This document shows, in pieces, positions 48,601-62,232 of a stretch of DNA of 64,000 nt (its first letter is position 1; each line of letters starts with the position of its first letter). The position numbers and the translations under genes are program-made. Location of the stretch: assembly GCA_977862235.1 (NCBI GenBank), contig OZ374557.1, positions 1,550,001 to 1,614,000 on the forward strand. Reading direction: 5' to 3'. The notes beneath the pieces were generated by a model. It saw only the letters and a list, made by a program, of their open reading frames with translations. It was not told the DNA's origin and did no database searches. Source of the DNA: Dudresnaya verticillata (taxonomy: Eukaryota).

Positions 48601-49990
48601 ACATGGACTGATGCTTCCGAAGCATGGCGAGGACTTCTTCGCGGGTGACCTTGTCTTCGATAGAAGAAAGGTCCACCTGCGACTCCCAGTCCTCGGTGGA
48701 CTCTCCGTTCTCCGCAGCTGCGTTTGCTGCTCCTTGGAGCTTTGTGGGCTCAGGGCCCCTTGCCATCGACGGCGTGACTTGGCGTTCATTGCTCCCCTTA
48801 CCCCTGGGCCGCTGCCCTTTGAGGGGAAGGGTGGTTATAGTCATCACCCTCCCGAACTCTTCCGCGACGTCGCGGTCCGGGGTTATCAGGACGACTGGGT
48901 TGCGGACCGCATAACCAACCACGGTACCGTTCGGTAGTGTCCGGGCTGTGTCCGTCCAGTTGCCCAAGATAACCCCGAGGGGTCGCCCCGGCTCGATGTC
49001 GTGCACCTCATTGGTCAGTCTCACGCCGTGGCGGAACTGCAACGAGGGTTTGGGATCCGTGTGGATCAACCCACTGGCCCCCGACGTCACAGAGACGAGC
49101 CTCTGCGAGTAGTCTGGGGCAACCACCTGCCTAGCGAGGCGTATGGTGTGGGTATCGTGATCCCAGTCGAGGAGCTCCCGCTGGTGCTTCTTCGACAAAC
49201 CCTTAGATGGGTTCTTCGGCTACGTTGCCGGACCGGTTTCCCTCGCTAGGGTTCCTGCAGCTGAGGATTGGCACCGAGACTCCTTTCCTCAGCGTCAGCC
49301 TTCTCAAATCGACGTCTATTCCGCGCACGTGCGCGTTGATAAACTGCGTGCCTATCAGTACGTCGACCGCGAGCGTGTCGGCGACGATGAAAGACACGCG
49401 GAACGTCGTGTTCCCCAACCTCATCGAGAGGTGGACGACGCCGGACAGCCTCAGCGGAGTCTTGTCGGTGCCTGCCAGGCATGGCGCGGAGTCGATCTCT
49501 GACGCGTTTTACTCCCAGCCTGTGGGCAGGGCACCTCGAGCGATGAGGTTGTACCCGGAGCCGGTGTCCACCGCGATGGTGTGTGTATCATAACCCGCGG
49601 GTCCGCACCGAGGGACCCGGACACTCGGTAAATCTCGGAGGACAGGAGGGACACGTACACATCGGGGGTAGTGGCCGGCTCTGCGTCGATGCATGGGGCC
49701 CCGGTACCCTCGCATCGAGCGTCGGGTACCGCCTGTCCCGCTATCGGGGAGCTGCACCCTTTCCGCCTGGCCTGCCGTCTGTGTCGACGCCGCGGCGGCC
49801 AGGGTGGTTTGGTACGCGTCGCCCGCGACGTCCCGTCGACCGGGGCGTCGTTCGTGTCCTTCGAGGCGCCGCTGCGCTCGACGTGGGGGCTCGCTGTCCC
49901 CAACGCCGTCGAAGGTGAAAGGGACGGTGGGTCTGGTGTTGGACAAAACGGTGCACGCGACCGCACGAGCGGCGCCGCCTTTATTCTTTT
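45670..49990 (-). pseudogene. pol: Element E pol
   Basis: VDTGSGYN, YLDD, TDAS, IDILGP, SDNG, ERYNR and GPY motifs. Disrupted. Confidence 0.92.
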
Positions 49991-52418
49991 TCCGGATCGA
50001 CCCGGTCAGAATTATCCTCGGAATCCGAACTTTAGTGCTCGATTCCGATTGGGTGTTTCGTAGCCCCTGAGGCGCCTCGCGTCGATCGCGGACGCGTGTC
50101 AAAAAGGAGAGGGGAATCGCTTCCCTGCCCGCTGGCTGTCTCTCCTTTGTGCTGCACATCAAGCGCTTGCGGAAGCCACTCGTCGGCAGTGAAACCGGTG
50201 TACTCCTGCACTGTCATAACTGCTCGGAGCAGTTCGCGGCGCGGGTCGGCCCTCGGAGGCATCGATGCCTGAGGTTGACGGCCAGCGGGCTCGTCGAAGC
50301 CGACCCGCTTATCGCGCAGCAGGAACCGCGGTGCATCGCCTTGGCGGTACTCGCGGCGTGGGTCTCGACGATCCCCGCGGTACCCCTGCAGCTCTCCGTG
50401 GTACCTTGGGGCGCCCATGCGCTGCGGTGGACCTCTCGCGTCGAAGCGTCGGCCCCCACCCCGCGGTGCGTCGTAGCGCCGCGCGGGGTTACTTGTCCTT
50501 GCGCCCGATGGCGCGCTCGTCGTCGCTCGTCGAGGAGCTGTTGGAGCATATTGCGCGAATGCGGCTGCGTTTCCATTCAATGGTTGCAGTTCGCATACGC
50601 GCAGTACGTCTGCTCTTCCTTCATGAGGTACGGGCACGAATACATGATGTGCCCGACCTCGCGGCAGAACCAGCAGATGTACCATCCCTGTCGATCAGAT
50701 GACTGCTCGTGCCATCGCCTCCTGCGTTGGAGTGAGCGGTGGTATGCGCTTGGGTAGGACCGCGTCGATGCGTCCTGTAATGTCCAGGGTCTCGACGGCC
50801 TCGGTCGATCCGGCTGTCGATAGCGCGGGTGCGACCATCACGGGTTCGAACCTGTGGGCGTCGGGGTCCACCAGCATTGTGCTGTCGATAGCAACGTCCC
50901 CGCTGGGATAGCTTGGTCGGCCCTCGATGAGCAGTGTACGGCCGCTTGCCGAGCTGCCACCTGACCTGCCGCGCCCCGAGGTGTTCGTAGGCTGCGCTTC
51001 CTTTACCGAACGGGCGCGGTAGGTTGTGCCCTCGCTATGGGCAATCCGACGAACCGTACTAAAATTGGTCTGTTCGACCATAGGCAGCTGCCTTACCTTC
51101 TCTGCCACTGCGGGTCTTGTCGTGGGCAACAGGCCCCGAAGGAACTGATGCGTGATGCTTCAAGTTCTCATCGGAGTGCAGGCCAGCGTAGGCGTCCGAA
51201 TACCCTTCGAGGCGAGTGGCGAACTCAAGCTCGGACTCGGCGTCCTTCTGCTTGGCGGTGGTCAGCCGATCATGGTCGTCTGCAATGACGTCGTCCGTGA
51301 CGAACCTCTCGATGAGGGTATTGACCACCGAGGCCCAACAGGGTGGGTGCCGCGCTGCGTTGTGCGCACCCCAGAGAACAGGTGACTCGAGTACACCTGC
51401 AACGCGGTTCCATCGAGGAACCAGAACACCACACGCGCCGCTGCGCCTTCGGATAGTCCAACGCCATTGAATGCTTGGCGTAGCTGTCGAAGCACACCAA
51501 GCAGGCGAATCGGCTCCTTGCCGTCGAACCGGTCGAGCCGGGGCATCAGGGCCTTCATGCGGCTGACAATCTTCGCAGTGTTGCCACTACACACCTGCTG
51601 TTGATTGTCCCGCTGATCTACGTCATCAAGACGGTACGAGCGGTAGTCGATCGCCTTAGCGAACTCTGGCACCAACGTGGTCAAAGGCTCGATGCCTGCC
51701 ATGAGTGGGCCCCAATGCCAATAGGCAGAGACGGGCCCTCGTGCTGTCAGGGGGTCGGTTCCCCCTTTGTGTTTTGCCCGTCGAGGGCTTGTTGGAGCAA
51801 CCTGGGGTCGACCCCGTAGAAGGGATTGAGGGTCCCCACTCGGATGGTGCGACCCCGCCACACTCCTCGGTGGAGATGGTGGTGGTGAAGGAAAGCGATG
51901 CCGAGCTCGTTGCTCGGCAAGTATGGCAGCGGCCAATTCTTGAACTGCACCCGCTGGTGACTGCGGTCGCGGAGGAGAGCGCTGCGCCGACGACGGGCCT
52001 GTAGCCCGCTGGCGTTGCCGCGTCGACGCGCGCTCTATCAACTCAACGCGGCGGCGTAGCTCATCGAGGAGCCCCTGTGACCGGGTTATTCCGTCCTCGA
52101 TGGACGCCAAAGGACCGCGTCGAAGCGTGTCCAGGTCTTGCTGGCTGTCGGCCTTCGCCGCAGCTATCGAAGCTGTAAGGTAGTCGTACACCTCGGCTAG
52201 CGAGTCCATGGTCTCCTCATACAGTAGCTGGAGGTCGGCCACCGAGACCAGACTGCCGGCGAGGGCCTTTTGCAGCGCGGCCCTCGCTCGGGCCTCACAT
52301 CGTGTAGAGGAGTACCTGAGACGCCGATGGTACTCAGTATTGAGGTGCGACGCGTCGCGTCCTCAACGTTTCCGGCAGCGGCCGATGTGGCAGCGGGCGG
52401 GTCAGGAGGACTCGACAT
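49981..52418 (-). pseudogene. gag: Element E gag
   Basis: FDGKEPIRLLGVL capsid-like region and a CWFCREVGHIMYSC knuckle near 50630-50675. Frameshifted. Confidence 0.85.
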
Positions 52419-52485
52419 CCTTTACTTTGATCGTGTCGATGCGAGAAGTACTTGGTTCTCGACGACTTCTAGGTCGGGATACCAG

Positions 52486-53258
52486 TGTAGTATAGACGTC
52501 GGGTCGATCCGACGTCTGATACTTGCTAGTCCGAAGCCGCCACACGGACCCGTCGATGGGTAGCTGTTGGGGTTGGTAGAGCGGTGTCGGCCTCGTGCGC
52601 CCCGCAGGTGCAGATCGACGGCGTCCATGCCGGAGCGCGCACGGGGCGTACCGTACGCGGGTAGGCAACGGCCGGATCCCAGCATCCCTGTCGAAGGGCG
52701 GCACGAAGCCGACGGAAAGGAAAAGGAAAGGGGAAAAGCCTAGCGAGGCAAGGGAAAAAGGGAAACCGCCCGCTGGCGTAAGGCAAAGGGATCGAACCCG
52801 AAAAGGCTGGGGCAAGCTTCAGCGCGAGCTGTTGCTTGCCCGGTTTACTGAGACATCGATGACCGACGGTCTTAAATACCCTACACTATGTGCACTACGA
52901 CTACTTCTACAGTAGGTGCGCCCCACAACACCAACGCTGGAGGTGTGCGAGCGCACGCCCATACACGTGTCGACACGTCCGGGTAACGGTTGCCCGTGGG
53001 GGCGCGCGGGGCGTAACGGGCAGCGGCCCTCTCAACGGCTCGACGCCGGAGAGCGTCACAGGGGCGCGCCGTGTGCGGCACGGCGCGCGGCCGCTGCCGG
53101 CAGCAATGCGGTCGACCGCTACTAAATCAACGAAAAAACTAAGGGCACGCTGCCCAACGACGACTCGCCAGCGAGCGTCATCGTGTGCACCATTACAGTG
53201 CAGGGCTGCCAGCATACCTTACAGCCGCCGCTGATAGTGTGCTGACAGCTATACTACA
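52486..53258 (-). repeat. Element E 5' LTR
   Basis: 10-bp terminal inverted repeats, adjacent PBS, homologous to solo LTR 6985-7820. Confidence 0.92.
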
Positions 53259-53469
53259 AGCGTCTACCTATCCGTGTTTCCACGTTCATAACCGTTACTA
53301 ACGTGTTTTCCTTTGGGTTTCCTTGCCCCTTTTCTCTCTCGCCTTGGGTGTTTACAGTCCTCCCTAGGCGTGTTCAATCTGCTCTACCAAGTTCGACACC
53401 AGCGGCTACCCACCGCGCTCCCGAACGGCCCGGAGGTGTTTTCTGTCTCTAGACGACGTTTGAACGACA
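53259..53469 (+). repeat. 3' part of an LTR related to solo LTR 36900-37799
   Basis: Aligns by eye with ~37578-37799 and ends in ...GACA with no PBS following. Confidence 0.75.
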
Positions 53470-53693
53470 CTAATGGCTGCCCGACAAGTGTGGGCACAAC
53501 AAGTACTAAATCCGTGAGTACGGAGTTAAGAAATTGGCCAACAACTGGCTATTGAGGGCCTGAACAAGCATCCCGTGGCCTGATGTATTCGTGCGTACGG
53601 AACAAGCTCATTGGCTCACCAGAAAAACACCACACCCTTGGTGTATTGGTCCGCGGCCCCCGTATATGGCTTGATAATTGATTCAGAGAATGA

Positions 53694-53865
53694 TGTGGTA
53701 TAGTAAAAACCCACGAACTTCCGTAACGGACAGTTGGACTGAATTTCATTCACGGGACGAGAGAGATACTACCTCCACGGGATGGTAGAGCGCTTCAAAC
53801 CGAGACGGGAGAACAGAGAGTGGCTAACTAAAACGGACATTGGGAAGCAACAGGAAAGAGGGTGG
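53694..53865 (-). repeat. U5-end fragment of a C-family-like LTR
   Basis: Similar to 43754-~43925. Confidence 0.8.
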
Positions 53866-54206
53866 TTTGGTGACTTGAGCATTGGGGATTCCCGAAGACG
53901 ATTGAGCCGATTCGCGACCAGCGTATCGGTGAGATCGGGCGAAAACCCGAAGCGGAGTGCAGCGTGACAGTAGCACTGTGTGCCTTGGCGGAACGTGCGG
54001 AGCCCAGCAATGGGAACCAACAAGTTATTTCATTTTTAATTGGGTAACTGTAATGCTTCTTTACATGTACATGTACTGCAGTAAGTAGTAATGCCGGCCA
54101 ATAAGAATGCAGAGCATTTCCGCAACGGGGGCTGGGACCAGCAGGGCCAGATCCACTGAGTGGACCAGACCCATTTGGATCTGGCCCACAAGGACCGGGC
54201 CGCGGG
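53866..54206 (+). repeat. U3 part of an A-family-like LTR
   Basis: Similar to the reverse complement of ~13670-13997. Similarity stops where LTR F begins. Confidence 0.78.
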
Positions 54207-55262
54207 TGTGGAATAATGAGCGCCCGAGCGCTGTAAGCACACACGTGTACAGACGACGCCTGTAAGGCGTGAGGTGCCCGAGGGTGCGATGGTTGAGATG
54301 GCCAAGTCCCATTGGTTGATTAATCATGGTCACCCATATTTTTGGCATTGCGCGCCAGACAGCAGCGCGCCTGTACCTCGTAGTGGTACTACCACTCATT
54401 CCTATCATTGGATTGTAATCCACCATTAGTGTACAGTATTAGATAACTGTCAGTATTATTACTCTAACTTAGAGTGGGTAGCATTTCCGGCTTTCCCCCG
54501 AATTTATTGGGCCCCTGAGTAGCAGGGGCCCCGCACTAAACCGGCAGCGGTTTGTACTTTGGGCTGTACCGATTTTCTGGTCTTCCTACGGTGCCACCGT
54601 TGTTCCCTTGCCTTGGGCGTTTACAAGCCCTATCGTGTACGACGATTGCTCTACGCTGTAGGGTTCGCCTTCCCTTTTCTTTGCTCCTGGGTATTACACC
54701 CATTACAAGTCTCTACCACACCCCTTTTCCCTTTTCCTTTGAGCTACCGCCCACCGTGAGTGTTTGTCCCCAGGACAGCTGTCGCACCGTTTTATCGCCG
54801 ACTACCTGGCCGAGGGCCTTTCTACTACAGTGGTCTCCCGACCTAGAAAAAGTTCTCAGGGTCGGACCCTTTTTCTACCTTGCCATCGACAGGCCGAATC
54901 GAGAAATCAAGCCAGGACGGAGTGTCCGTTGATTTTCAAGGTTCCAACCTCTCGAAGGGCAAAACCCTATTCATCTTACTGTCGACGGTTTCTACGCTTC
55001 ACGTTAAGCTCCAGAGTAGCGTCAAATCTGTGAGCAAGCACAAGTTCGTTTTACGGTTTTATCCGTTTTTAGAAGTACCCTCTCACGGCGGAGTGACGCC
55101 CGTAGTGAGACTACCTCAACAGTTTTTCCGTGCATCCTGAGAAAACACGAGTATAATACGGTTCCTACTGTCGAGGAGCCTGGGAAGAAGTCCCCGCTAC
55201 CACATCGGCTGAACCGAGAAGAACTTCATCAGACCGACAATACAGGTCCTGTTGAAGTCAAG

Positions 55263-57630
55263 ATGCCTACATCTAATGGCGATACAACGCGCCCCGGCTT
55301 ATCTAGCCGAGGCGCGAGTCGTACAGGCAGTCTTGCCTCTGTAAGAACGGTAGGCGCCCGCACCCGTGCGGTCGTAACCGCTGTTGCAAACAATCCGGCA
55401 ACGGAGGGGCTGGGACACCCACCCCAAACGACCGGCGTCCCAGCCGAAGAAAAACCACCTGGCCCTGGTAGGGATCAGGTCCTTGACGGAGAAAACACGG
55501 TCCGAACCGTTGAAGAAGTCCCCGCTGACATTGGGGAGAATGAAGGTTCAGGCCGTAGAATGATGCCGCCGCCCCTGGCGTTAGCCAGTGTTCAAGCTTT
55601 GGGCGGACGAGCCCAGGAAGAAGAAACTCCGGCAACCCGGACGAAGGGTTGCCAATTCGAACGAAGTATCATTCGTCTGATATCCGATGTTTCACGGAGC
55701 GCGAGATTGGACGAATGGTCGAATTAGGCATCGAGAGATCCTTAACGACTAGCGTCGTGGCACTGTTGGAAAGCCAAGCCGATGATACCTTTTTAAAGGT
55801 CAAGAGGTACATTGATGAGGCATCCGCGCGCCGTGATGATCGCCTCCTGGAGAGGTGTCAGCAAGAGATTGAATCTCGAGGTCGACCAGGTCCTCCCAGA
55901 GGATTAGACGAAGAAAGGGTCGAAACCCTGCAGGCGCAAATGGATTCCCTCGGGGACCAATTGGGTACCGTCCATGATTGCCGTGCGACACACGGTTCCA
56001 ACGTGTGCCGCAGTCGAATTGACTCACGTCAAGACCGGTACTCAAGCCGCAAGGCGGAAGATCAACGCCAAAGTAATTCCTATCCCGCTCCGAAACACTC
56101 GGATGAAGATGAACCCACCTCGCGAGGTCTTTCCCGACCGTCATGGAGCTCTTGGAGAGGCCCACGTCGGACGGGACTCAAAGAGTTGGCTCCATGAAAC
56201 CCTGCCTTTGTACAGGTTCTTTCGTACCGACGCTATCGGTTGTTGAATTTCGATTCATATCGAGGACCGGAAGTAACGGAAGCCACGTCCAAGAAGATTA
56301 AACGGGTTAAATCCGGAATGAGGAGTCGCCGTTTTGATGGGAGTGACCCAGTTTCCATAATTGTCTTTCTGGCCACGTTGAAACGACAGTTGGATCAAGC
56401 CCAAGTCAGTAAAGGCGCTGCCATTCTGGCTATCCCAGAGTTCTTGGAAAAAGACGCTAAGGACATGTTCGAAGCCCATTTCGATGCCGCAGGCGACGAC
56501 AATGGTGGTTTCAATGAATGACCGGGAGCCATTAGTTACCTCCTGCGTACTTACGCAGAGGACGTCTACATCGGGAAGATTTCTTCTGAAATGGACATGA
56601 TGATTCAGGAGTCTGATGAGAAGGAGGATATGTTTTCAAGACGTTTGCAGAACAAAGCGCGAAGGGTCGCAGGTGTTTACTCAGAGCAAGACCTGATCAC
56701 ACGTTTTATACGAGGTTTACTACCTGCGGTCAAACCGCTTTTAAGTACGCCATCACTGGACCCTCGCACGGCGGGACTGGCAGATTACATTGAGCTCGCA
56801 ACGGCTCAGGGAGATTCCCACCGAGCCCTCGTGGGTGGTGGACGCTCCAAGAAGGTGAGCTCAACGCTACCCCGGAAAACGCTCTCCAGGGTGAAGACGC
56901 ACAAGTCTGGTCGAGCTCTTCTCATTCGCCACAATAGGACGCAGATGTCCTCGGATTCCGATTCATCAAATAGCAGTAGCTCTGACGCGGATAGCGAGGA
57001 TGCTGTAGTGGCGGCCATCGACCACGAAGCGCCTCCATACACGGTAACCCAATCCGACTCGTGGTCTGGGGCGCCCAGTGACCAACCATACTATGGTGAA
57101 GTGGAAGCGGTTCTACAGAACTACAACCACCGACTGCCTGGATGGGCACAGCCAACAAGGACTCAGCGTCCTGGGTGGGCAACAGTCGAAGATGCACCCA
57201 ATTACATTTGTTTCGAGTGCTATGGCGTGGACCACAAAAAAAACCGAATAGCCCATATCTAGCTCGCACGGATGAACCGTCATTTGAGGCGCTCAAGCGC
57301 CGACAGTTTTATCACCTGTCGCGCAAGCAGAAGACATGGTTAGCCAACATAGGGCGCCTACCCGAGTTCGCAAACGGAGGTACCCTTGGGGACCACCGCG
57401 ACTACGCATCTTCAGGACGGGCCAGTGGGCCGCCGCCAGGTAGGCATCAAAATTTGGGGTCAACCTCAGGCAGGAACGGACATGTCCAATTTCAAGCGGG
57501 ACTTAATCACCCGGTTGACACTCCCAGACACCCACCGTCGACGTCACGCTCGCCAAGACCAGGGTCACGAACCCTTCCGCCGCCTCCACCGCTTCCACGG
57601 TCGCCTCTAGCAGGGCGAAAAACTAGCTAG
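55263..57630 (+). pseudogene. gag: Element F gag
   Basis: FDGSDPVSIIVFL capsid-like region and CFECYGVDH knuckle. Frameshifted. Confidence 0.85.
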
Positions 57631-60600
57631 GGGGGAACCGGTTTCGGTTCACTGGGCAACCCCAGTCGTATCGGAACCCCCGGTCGTTCAGAGGAATGTG
57701 ACTTCTTAAGCTTCTCCTCTACCAACCGATCGGTGTCGCGGGAAACCCCGCCTTCTCTTCCAAAGAATATTTTAGAACGCCCCGTGGGCCTACCTCCCGG
57801 GTATAAGTATCATGAGTATGTTAAGGACCCAGTTTGCTCTCTTTCGAGATACAACTACAAATTTGTCGCGTCCGTGGGGACTTCTGTTGAGAAACTTACT
57901 CAAGTGCTCTGAGTCTTGGACACTGGGGCGGGCCCAAACCTCATCCGAGCCGACGTGCTCTGTTTGGAAGAACGGAAGAAGATATCTTCGACCCGATCGA
58001 TCGTGAATTTGACATCCGCGTCAAGTCACCGCTTAACAACTATGGGAATGATCTCCCTGGCCGTCAGAATTGGCTCCTACACGGTACGACAACCGCTCGT
58101 CGTAGTCAAGGCATTAGCCGTTGATATGATCTTAGGATGTACCTTTATCCATACCCATGTCGAAGCGTTGCGTGTACGCAAACAAACCATCGCGCTACGG
58201 GACGGCTCGATACACACGATTCTACGACGTCAGTGCGGTATGCCGAGAGCCACGAACTCTGGCGAGCCCATGGAGGTCCCTCTCCTACCTAACTCGCGAC
58301 TCGTGAGAGTTGCCCAAACAACTAACTTACTACCCGGTTCAGAAACCTGGGTCGCCGTCACGTGCACGGCCAAAGGAACGCACTTCCTAGATTCGTTCCA
58401 ACGTCTATACGACCGTCAACAAGTGGTCATCACGAATGGCATCGTCAACCTCCAAGAGAATGTTCTCTTCCGGGTCAAGGTTGCCAACTTTTCTTCGCCC
58501 ACACAGCGGTTGAACAAACATCAAGTGATTGGTCGCGCAGTTCCAGCTCCCACGGCCACGCCTGTATATTCGGTTTCCATCGACGAAGTCTCCGAGGATA
58601 AAACCTCACAACCAAAGGACATGAATCCTCAAACGGAGACATCCTTCGATGTAGAGGGACAGGGCTGGCTGCTGCTCTTGTCGTGACCAATTCCAAACCG
58701 GGCGTTACAACCGCCGCTGAGAAGATAACAGTCGATGACTTAGCTTTGGAACACCTCTCTACGTCTGAAAGACGTCTCGTGCGCAAGATGTTGCGACCCT
58801 TCGCAGATATGTGGAACGGGAAGCTCAGGACCATAAAGGTCACGGAGCATCGCATCGATCTCACTGACGGGGCAAAACCCGTATTTGCACAACCATATCG
58901 GTCTGGACCGAAGGCGCGACAAGCGGAGCAAGATGAAGTCGACAAGATGTTGAAGGAAGGGGTCATAGAGCCAGCGCGCTCCGAGTTCGCAAGTCCAGTG
59001 GTACTGGTGAAGAAGCCAGACGGATCCCTCCGTTTCTGTGTTGACTACAGAAAGCTTAACGCGATAATCATCAAGGATTCTTACCCTCTCCCGCGAATGG
59101 AAAAGTGCTTCGACTCGTTGGGCGACGCCCAACATTTTACAACCCTTGATTGCAATTCAGGGTATCGGCAGATACCAGTCGCGGCGGAGGATAAGCCAAA
59201 GACTGCTTTTACCTGTCATGCAGGTTGCTTTTAGTTCTGCCGAATGCCATTCGGACTGTGCAACGCACCAGCAACGTTTCAACGAACAGTTGACATTTTG
59301 TTATCGGGATTCCGATGGAAGTCTTTTCTCGTCTACTTGGACGACATCATAGTCTTCTCTAAGAGTTTCAACGAACACTTAGGTCACGTTCAAGAGATCC
59401 TCTCTGTTTTGAAGGAAGCGGGTGTGTCGCTCAAGTTGAAGAAGTGTAATTTCTTCACAAAAAGCGTGGACTACCTCAGACACGTGATCCGATCAGGTCT
59501 CCTGGAGGTAGCTACCAAGAATACAAAAGCAATCGAAGGCTTCAAGGAACCTACGACGCAAACGCAACTACGGTCCTTCATTGGGCTATGCAACGTTTAT
59601 AGACGTTTTGTACCGAACTTTGCATGCGTAGCGTCTCCGCTTAATAGGCTCCTACAGAAGGACGTTGGTTTCGAATTACCTCCATTCGATGAACGGCAAC
59701 GCGAAGCTTTCGCTTTACTGAAGAAAGACCCCATCGCGCCGCCGATACTCCGACTTCCTAAGGAAGACAGACCCCTCTCGGTCGATACCAACGCGTGTGA
59801 CTACCAAATAGGGTGCGCCCTAATGAAAATGGAACTGGACGGGACTCGACACCCTATTGGATTTTGGAGTCGTTAGGCCTAACACCAGCAGAACGGAATT
59901 ACTCCGTCGGCGAGAAGGAATGCCTCGCTGTAGTCTGGGCTACACAAATACTCAGACCATATTTGGAAAGGTCTCATTTCGACCTCTACACAGACCATCA
60001 GGCTCTCAAATGGATGGTGAGCATGACGGACGCGTCCGGATGTTTAGAGCGATGGCGCTTGCGTCTCTTAGAGTATGACTTCATGGTTCAATACCGTAAG
60101 GGAAAGAAAAATCAGATTGCTGACGCTGTATAACGTTTACCTACCTATATGTTTACTAAGTGGGAACCGGATCTCGAGATCCCCTGCTTCATTATCGGTG
60201 ATAGCGATGGGGCAGATCCCCCTGACCCTTCGGCGAAGGAAAATCGCGAACCAGGTCGCGACCTCGCGAACCAGGTCGCGACCTTTGGAAGAATGGGAGA
60301 TGGAACCCGAAGACAATTCGTTCGAGTCGGGTCTCGAGGACGAGCAATTGACAGCCAACGTGGCTGAAAAGGAAATGGACGAGAAGAGTCTTTCCCTCCT
60401 CACAATAGAGGAACGTCTTCGCGCCCAACGAACAAGCGAATTCTGTAAGGGTATCCGATTAGCCATCGAAGCGGGAAAACCGGGACGTTATCTGGAAGAC
60501 GAACGCAGACTCCTAGTCCGAAGGTCTTACATTGACCGAGCTTTACAGGTAGTCATACCTAGAGTTCTTCAGGAGAGAGTCCTACATCTTGCACACTACC

Positions 60601-62232
60601 CGGATATGGCTGGCCATCCTGGTGACACACGGATGTACCACAACTTGAGGAGGCAAGTGTATTGGCCAGACATGGCCCTTGCCGTTTACTCGACAGTGCG
60701 CAACTGTGTCAAGTGCGCGATGGAACGAGTCCAGTTGAGGAAACATAATTCGCACATGCAGTTATTTCCGGCTACTATGCCGCTCGAATTCCTAGGAATT
60801 GATATCTTGGGCCTGCTGCCGCGATCAAGCAAAGGGAACCAGTATCTTCTCGTCATCACCGATCGTTTCTCGAAACTTACACGGGTAGTCCCGTTGAAGA
60901 CGGTAACGGCTTATACAGTAGCGAGAGCCTTCTGCGAATACTGGGTGTATATCTACGGGCCACCCCGTTACGTCTTGTCCGACAATGGATCGCAGTTTGC
61001 TTCCAAGTTGTTTATTGCCGTCTGCGGCATCCTCCGTATTCGGAATATGTTCACTTCTGCATATCATCCGCAGACCAATGGTCAGACCGAAAGGTTCAAC
61101 CGCACCCTTCTAGCAGGGTTGCGACACTTCATCGCAGATGATCAAAAAGATTGGGACGAGTTCACGTCGGCACTGACATATGCGTATAATACGACCGTTC
61201 ATCGTGCTACGGGATTCGCGCCCATTGATTTGGTTCTATCCAACCCACCTACTTCCATCCTAATGGAGAAAGCTGAAACGGTGGACGTGGCTAACGTACC
61301 TGAGACGAATGTCAAGAAGCGGCTGACCGCTAGACTTGAGAAGCTGATGGATACAGCGTTCCCTCGGCTAAAATTAGAACAACGTCGCTACGATGCTAAC
61401 TTCAACAACCGCATGCGTCTGAGAAATCAGAAGATACGCCCTGGACAATGGGTCTTTCTTGAAAGAGAAACTAAGATGAAAGACGCTAGAGGCGTAGCGC
61501 GAGAAAACTTTCCCAAAGGCTCTGGGGCCTTATAAGGTCCTCGAGAGAGGAACGCACACAGTCGTGCTTGAAGTCAAGGGCGAATGAGAGTCAATCTCGT
61601 TGGACCGTGTGACCTTAGCGCCCTCGCCAGACGAAGAGCTCGGAGCCCTAGGACAGGACTCCACGACAGTTGGTGAAGCACCAGAAGCCAGGGACCATAT
61701 ACAACCACCTTCTGGGCCAGAGCCCACCGATAAACCTCCCACTGAAGGGGCGTCAAGAACGCAAGGTGAAGAACGCTCATGAGGGGTCGTGGGACCCGCA
61801 AATGCGACGACTGCCCTCCCTCCATTAATTGGAAACAGCGACAATATCTACAACACCGTGGGCCCGGTTGCCCCTAACATAACCCCCACAGAATTACCTG
61901 TTACCCTATCGCAAGACGGTAACGCCACACAACCCTTACAAGAGTCAAGTCCGCCTGCCGCTCACACGGCAACGCCGGCGATTGAGGATATGGTGACGGC
62001 GCAACGCCGTAAGTTTTCCCGCTATAAGAAAGCACCCCCGCGTGAGTTCATGTATGACAAAATCGTCGACTATGACGCCGATACCCATACGTACCGTATT
62101 CGGTGGTTCCAATGCCCAGCGTCGCAAGACACCTGGGAGCCAAGGGATCATCTCCCTGACAATTTAGTCAAACGATACCACCGTTCAAAGAAGGTCCCCC
62201 TTCCAGGGGCAGCTGCCGACTCACTGGCTTAG
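57630..62232 (+). pseudogene. pol: Element F pol with C-terminal chromodomain
   Basis: DTGAGPN, YLDD, EKECLA, IDILG, SDNG, ERFNR, chromodomain YDKIVDY...YRIRW...DTWEP. A 20-bp tandem duplication at 60244-60283 shifts the frame. Confidence 0.93.

Larger units (their letters stand above)
45670..53258 (-). mobile_element. Ty3/Gypsy element E, 3'-truncated (no chromodomain or own 3' LTR visible)
   Basis: 5' LTR 52486-53258 (TGTAGTATAG / CTATACTACA), PBS 52467-52484, gag and pol through the integrase GPY motif. Confidence 0.9.

Noticed and set aside
52560..52590. tRNA gene or tRNA-derived SINE from TAGCT...TGGTAGAGCGG
   Set aside because: No cloverleaf or B-box follows. Only a D-arm-like fragment is present, treated under the primer-box finding.
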